From: the human T2T-CHM13v2.0 reference genome, Homo sapiens
Length of the DNA: 64,000 nucleotides
Reading direction: 5' to 3' (one strand)
Assembly (NCBI RefSeq): GCF_009914755.1
Contig: NC_060944.1
Part shown: positions 56,480 through 64,000 of the stretch, piece by piece
How the letters are laid out: the number at the start of each line of letters is the position of its first letter
How positions within the stretch are numbered: position 1 is the first letter of the stretch
Made by a program: the position numbers and the translations under genes
Notes under the pieces: model-generated
What the model saw: the letters and a program-made list of their open reading frames with translations, nothing else
The model's database searches: none
What the model was told of the DNA's origin: nothing

Positions 56480-56962
56480 TTGTTTGCAACTGCAAAAATG
56501 GCTGCAATGATCTCCTCTTTATCTTCATTTCCTTGCAACATTATGGGAGAAAGGGAAAGGAAGGAGGGTTCTGTTCTGCCACCTTAGATATGAATTGAAC
56601 TTATGATTTGCTTTCATCAGTGGAATTGAGAGAAGTGACAGGATGCCCATTCTAAGCCTAGATCTCAGGAGGCCTTGCATGCTTCCACTCACTCTCTAGG
56701 AGACCTGCCACTTCATGAGAATGCTGGAAGATGTGAGACAATGCAGAGCCATCCCTGCTGAGCTCATCCTATGACAGCCTCCTAGTAGGCCTAGTAGCTG
56801 GCCACAGACACATGTGAATGAGTCCAGCCAAGACCAGAAAAACACTGAGCAGATCTCAGCCCAAATTGCCAACCCACAAAATTGTAAAATGTAATAATGA
56901 CGATTGTGGTTTAGCCAGTAAGTTTCAGAGTGGTTTGTTACACAGCAAAAGCCATCTGATAC
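56480..56962 (+). mobile_element. MLT1F/G-like LTR
   Basis: aaaaatggctgcaa...agtttcagagtggtttgttacacagcaaaagccatctgataca. Confidence 0.65.
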
Positions 56963-57500
56963 ATTAAATGTTTCTCAAAGATGGAATTGCATGGACTCTT
57001 TTTATAGAAGAAAATTTAAATCCCTTTAGCACTTCACAGAACATCCCCAAGAACTTAACAACCCAAATGCTTATTCTATAAAAATGTTTTGCCATTGATA
57101 ATTTTCACTGTGAAAGAAAGTCATTATTTCTAAGCTTGAGGTAGTTTGTGTCCAGATAGCATCAAAATGAAAATGAAAAATTGAAAAAAAATGCTCATAG
57201 GATTCAAATACTCCAGAGAATCTTAATTTGAGAAGATCTAGTGCTATGTATTTTAGAAACCAATTTGATTCCATCCTATTATTCTCTAATTACTTCAAAT
57301 CCAATCTGGATCACATTATAACCATGAGGTGATAAGCGTATTTTTAACACAATCTTATTTTTTAGTTTTTCTGGGGTGTAGCAGAGGCTGGCAACTCTTC
57401 TCAGAAGCAACATATTAAGATGAACTGAAGTTAAATTATTGTTCTAGGACTCCTAGTGACAGTAAGTATTTCTCCACATAAGCAAACTCTGTGATTTATA

Positions 57501-57573
57501 TTAGCCTGGTGCAAAAGTAATTGCAGTCTTTGCCATTAAAAGTAATGGTGAAATTACTTGTGCACCAACCTAA
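57501..57573. mobile_element. MADE1 (Hsmar1-derived MITE)
   Basis: TIRs ttagcctggtgcaaaagtaatt / aattacttgtgcaccaacctaa; flanking TA duplication. Confidence 0.92.
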
Positions 57574-57946
57574 TAGAAGTGTATAATTCATATTGTTGTC
57601 CACTTTCTTTTTGTAAGCAACACAATACTGTGAAGATGTTTGGGCTTAAAAGTCTCATTGGCTTACTCACCTAGCCCTTATCCCCTGAGAAAGGTGAGAC
57701 AAGACTCCCATTTCGGTGCTCTTCCCATGACATCATGCTGCCTCCATGGCTCTGACTTATGACATAACAAAATCTGCAGTATAGCAAGTTCTTCTGTGCA
57801 AGTACTGAGACCTGGACACCACAGCCTCCCCCAAGACCTTTACCGCTCACAGAAAAACCCACACACTGAGGGAACTTTGTACTTTGCGGTACACCAAATG
57901 CTTTCTCACATTTCTCTCATCATCATGAGCCTTAAATTTGCTCTAA

Positions 57947-59497
<1,551 letters not shown>

Positions 59498-59890
59498 GGT
59501 TATTGTTTTTTAAAAAACGGTCTCAGGGAACAAACTCAAAAGCCCTTCTAGACGTGTCCATATTCTCTCAGCGAGAGGGAAATAAGCAACACCATTTGGC
59601 TATTTTTCCCTTAAAATCTAGTTAGATTTGATTTCAGTAGATTTATATTTAATTTTTAGAAAACAATTTGGCCCGCCCACTAAGTCTACATCTCCATACA
59701 CAAGTGAGTCATGAATCTGAGAAAAAGCTTTGTGCTGTGACCAACCTCTCCACCCTACTCAGAGGAGGTCTTCACTTTCCACGTCTGTTTACCTGCAACC
59801 AACATTTAATATCACCTAGAACAGTGTGTCTCTGGGAGCAAAACTGAGTTGCAAAGAGCTGACAACTTCCAGTTTTCATTACTTTTCATC

Positions 59891-60188
<298 letters not shown>

Positions 60189-60558
60189 TTGACTGTATAA
60201 TCCTACAATATACAAAGACTTACTTGGTTCCTACCATTAGTGCTTTAGGAAAAACTCAACGCAATATGCACACCCAGTATTCCCTGCCATCATTTACTCC
60301 GCCATCACAGCCACACAATTGGTCTATGAATGTCACTAAATCAACCTGCTAGTTCAGTGAAACAACAGACCACTACTAGTTGGCTAAAGTATTTGTTCTA
60401 CTCTTTTTCCAGTTGTGTGGATAAATTCAAATGGTCATCCCAATTCCAACCATCTATATAATAACTACCACTGAAGGGTTCCAATAAAAGGGAAAATATT
60501 TATATAAGAATCCAGTTCTGAGAGAGGTGGTGGTCTGGAAAGTTCACCCACATTACTT

Positions 60559-60645
60559 AGTAGATAGATAGATAGGTAGATAGATAGTAAATATATATAT
60601 ATGACAAATATATATATTACTTAGTAAATATGCATAGATATATAA
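60559..60645. repeat. (TAGA)n/(TA)n compound simple repeat
   Basis: Direct inspection. Confidence 0.8.
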
Positions 60646-60994
60646 AGTTTTGTTATATGATGCTAGTTACTTTGCCTGTGTAAATCACATTATGAAATAT
60701 TACAGTTGAAAGGTTTAAATTTTAAAAGATGAAGAAACCAAGATAGGGAGCAGAAAGCAATTCCCTCTGTCCTTCTGCAGTTCAGGCCCTCCTTCTCTCT
60801 TTTCTTGGCTATGGTAATTTTAAAGACTACCTCATTGGCCTTTCTGCCTCTTGTCATGACAAAATCCACTTTATGAGACTCATTGCTGCTAAGCCAAGGC
60901 TCTTCTATTGCACACCCAATGACTCATAATAGTCAAGGATCTCCTTCCTTATCTATCCAGGCAGATGCATTTCCCAAAACTCTCCCACTCCCAC

Positions 60995-61724
60995 TGAAAC
61001 CGCCTTTGCAAAAATTATAACTGAGAAAAATATGTCAGTGAAAGAGATCTCGCCTAACTGACTCCATCTTGATTCTAACGGCCAAGCTTTCCTTGTTCAT
61101 TGCTGAGTGTAGGCCAGACTAACTTTGGGAGAAACTTAGTTCATACTTCAATTTTGAAACAAAGATGATAACAGCTCTTTACCAAAGCAAAACCCCATTC
61201 CTGCCTGGGGACTAGGCTGCCTTTGCAGGACTAACAAATTAGTCACAAGATTAGAAATTATGGTTTAGGAGTCATGCAGCTGTAGGCTACAAGATTCTGA
61301 ACCTCCCCAAATTGCTCCTGGGGATAACGTCACCATTGTAAAACCGAAAAGCAATGCTTGAGATGTTTTGCAGACCCTGTACCTGGATCAGTTGGCACCA
61401 CTGTCTGATAAACTGGTTCATCTGGTATTGTGGCCTTCAACCAGGAACTGACTCAGAGCAAGAGGACAATTCGACTCTCTATGATTTTTATCTCCCACCT
61501 GACCAATCAGCACTCGCCACTTTCCAACCCCTTCCCCACCAAATTATCCTTAAAAACCCTAAAACCCAGTTTTTCAGAGAGACTGATTTTAGTAATAATA
61601 AAACTCCAATCTCCCAGTACAGCTGGCTCTGCGTGAATTAAACTCTTCCTCTATTGCAATTCCCCGTCTTGATAAATTGGCTCTGTCTATACAGTGGACA
61701 AGGAGAAACGGTTGGGCAGTTACA
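60995..61724 (+). mobile_element. LTR8 solo LTR, antisense to HAO1 in intron 5
   Basis: tgaaaccgcctttgcaaaaattataactgag...gggcagttaca. Confidence 0.9.
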
Positions 61725-62221
61725 GCATCAGACACTGCAAACAAGATGGATTATTTAGTATTCCCTGAGCACATCTCACTCTTTCCCATTTTACTCTTAG
61801 GCTTATCACACTGCAAAGAGGGTCCACATGGGGCCAGAGCAGAAGCAAAAAATATCTGCAACATCATTGCTCCATCTACAAGAGGCTTGGCCAAATCCCC
61901 ACAAGTGGACAGCACATAAGGGAACCACTTGATAGCACCCCACCAACGGCCCCCGGCCCCCATTCTGGATCATGGATCCATAAAATCCACCCCAGGAAAT
62001 GTGTCCCTCTCCATGGCTTCGGATCCATTTCTGGACCCCCAGTCTCTGATCTTAAAATCTGCCCTAAGTGCCTCTGTCGGTTTTCTTGGCTTTAGGATCT
62101 TCAGGGTCTAATTGCTCTTCGATACAGTTGTATTCAGTCCCACACCTTTCAGGACAGTTTAGTTCACTTTTACATCTAGATTTTGGACTCTGATTTGCCT
62201 ACTCCAGTGCATAAAAACCAA

Positions 62222-62382
62222 AGATGCACATTGGAATCTCCTGATAGCTTTAAAAAAATACTAGTGCCTATACACCCCTAAGCCCCAACCAGAGATTCTG
62301 ATAAATAGACCTGGGGAGCAGATCAGGATTCTTTAAAGTTCCCCAGATGATTCCAATGTGCAGCCAAGGTGGTTCACAACTC
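62222..62382. mobile_element. MER5A-like MITE
   Basis: tgcacattggaatctcctg...ttccccagatgattccaatgtgcagccaagg. Confidence 0.65.
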
Positions 62383-62944
62383 AGCCAGAGTAGCCTATTT
62401 GCAGCTCACTTCCCGTTGCCCGGACCTAAGCCTTTTTTCTCCTTTTCCCAACTCTCCACCATTTCTCTGCAGCTTTTCAACCGCCACCCCACAGGAAATT
62501 CTGATTATGTCCCTCCTCCTGATTTCTTGTCTCAATTGTACTGATGATCTCAGATTCTACCACAGCCTTTGAAATCCCACAATTCTCTGTTAGCTCATGT
62601 CCTTGGACATTCATGGCATAATCCTTTCTTTCATACTCCAGTTTACATACCTATTGGTGTATCTATGAATGCCAGAATAATCCTTGCCCACAAATGACTT
62701 ATTATTTAACAGAGACTTTCATAGGTTACAAATAAATGCACTGGGCTAATTAAACATAAATAAATTTTTAACTTGGGTAGTTATGTGCCACTAAACTTAA
62801 AATCCAAGATCTCACATATTTGCACGTATTTCACCTTGAGTGATTACACAAAGTACACACAGAGAGGAGGAAGACATAGAGATAGTAACACAGTGATGGA
62901 AATGGGAACTCCAAAAGGAAATCTTAGCGTCTGCCAAAACTCAC

Positions 62945-63036
62945 AGTGGCTGGCACCCCATCGAGTTGTCGAGCCCCATGATTCGACACCAAGATCCCAT
63001 TCAAGCCATGTTTAACAGCCTCCCTGGCATCATCAC
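62945..63036 (-). CDS. HAO1: HAO1 exon 5: (G)[30 protein letters not shown]
   Basis: CTCTCTCCAG acceptor, GTGAGT donor, 92 nt; SNHGARQ active-site signature (catalytic His260) of FMN-dependent alpha-hydroxyacid oxidases. Confidence 0.98.
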
Positions 63037-63577
63037 CTGGAGAGAGTAAAACAAGCACCTTAGGGAAACTGTAACTTAACAGGCAGCTTGGGTTTAGAGG
63101 CCTCCACATTCCAGTCAAATGGAGGCTGACTCCCATCTGCATACCTGGGTCAATAATCTTAGCATAAAAGTATACCCTAGGGTTAGCGCTAGAATATTAG
63201 TGGTAGTTTTCTTGGCCAAAAACAACAAAAAAATGTTACTACTTACGGCAATTTAATTGTAAAATATACAAAAGTATCAATAGATAATACATTGACATAA
63301 AGCGTGTTTATCTTTATAAGGGTATACTCTTGCTAAATATTTTCAATTAATAAGATTATACCATTTTATCATTTAGCAAAATTATTCCTCAACAATTTGG
63401 ATAGCCAAAAAAAAAAAAAACATAAAAATGTCAAGCACTGTAAATGTAACAGGCAGTGGACAAACCTATTTCAAAAAACAATCTTTAATAACAAGTTGTA
63501 ATAGCTTTAGTAACTATTTTAAGTAATATTGTTCTATAATTAAATATATGTTTGCTCATTGAAATGTATAAAAAATT

Positions 63578-63909
<332 letters not shown>

Positions 63910-64000
63910 CTACATCTCTAATCATGTTTTAAAATATATTAATTTCTGAAATTAATCAGTTTAAAAATAGATTACTGTTCTCTTAAATCTACTTGCAACA

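Noticed and set aside
62924-63142. 72-aa ORF as a standalone gene
   Set aside because: It is HAO1 exon 5 plus in-frame intron sequence.

Overview
Primate (almost certainly human) genomic DNA from the HAO1 locus (20p12, from memory of the gene). The right end holds the last four coding exons (5-8) and 3' UTR of HAO1 (hydroxyacid oxidase 1/glycolate oxidase) on the minus strand. The left end holds the 5' tip of an SRSF10 processed pseudogene, directly downstream of an internally deleted HERV9/LTR12 provirus in the same orientation. The ~48 kb between is gene-free, AT-rich and repeat-laden (Alu, L1, L2, MaLR/ERV LTRs, hAT and mariner MITEs, simple repeats). Nearly all ORF-track entries are spurious or repeat-derived. 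I found no evidence of a new multi-gene system. The best leads are: (i) the LTR12 promoter array pointing into the SRSF10 retrocopy; (ii) an in-frame cryptic acceptor that would remove the HAO1 PTS1; (iii) an IRE-like hairpin in the HAO1 3' UTR; (iv) inverted Alus flanking exon 5; (v) a CpG-retaining unique segment near 34.2 kb; (vi) several readable insertion and repair scars. Repeat subfamily names are from recalled consensus sequences and were not computed; boundaries of old repeats are approximate.
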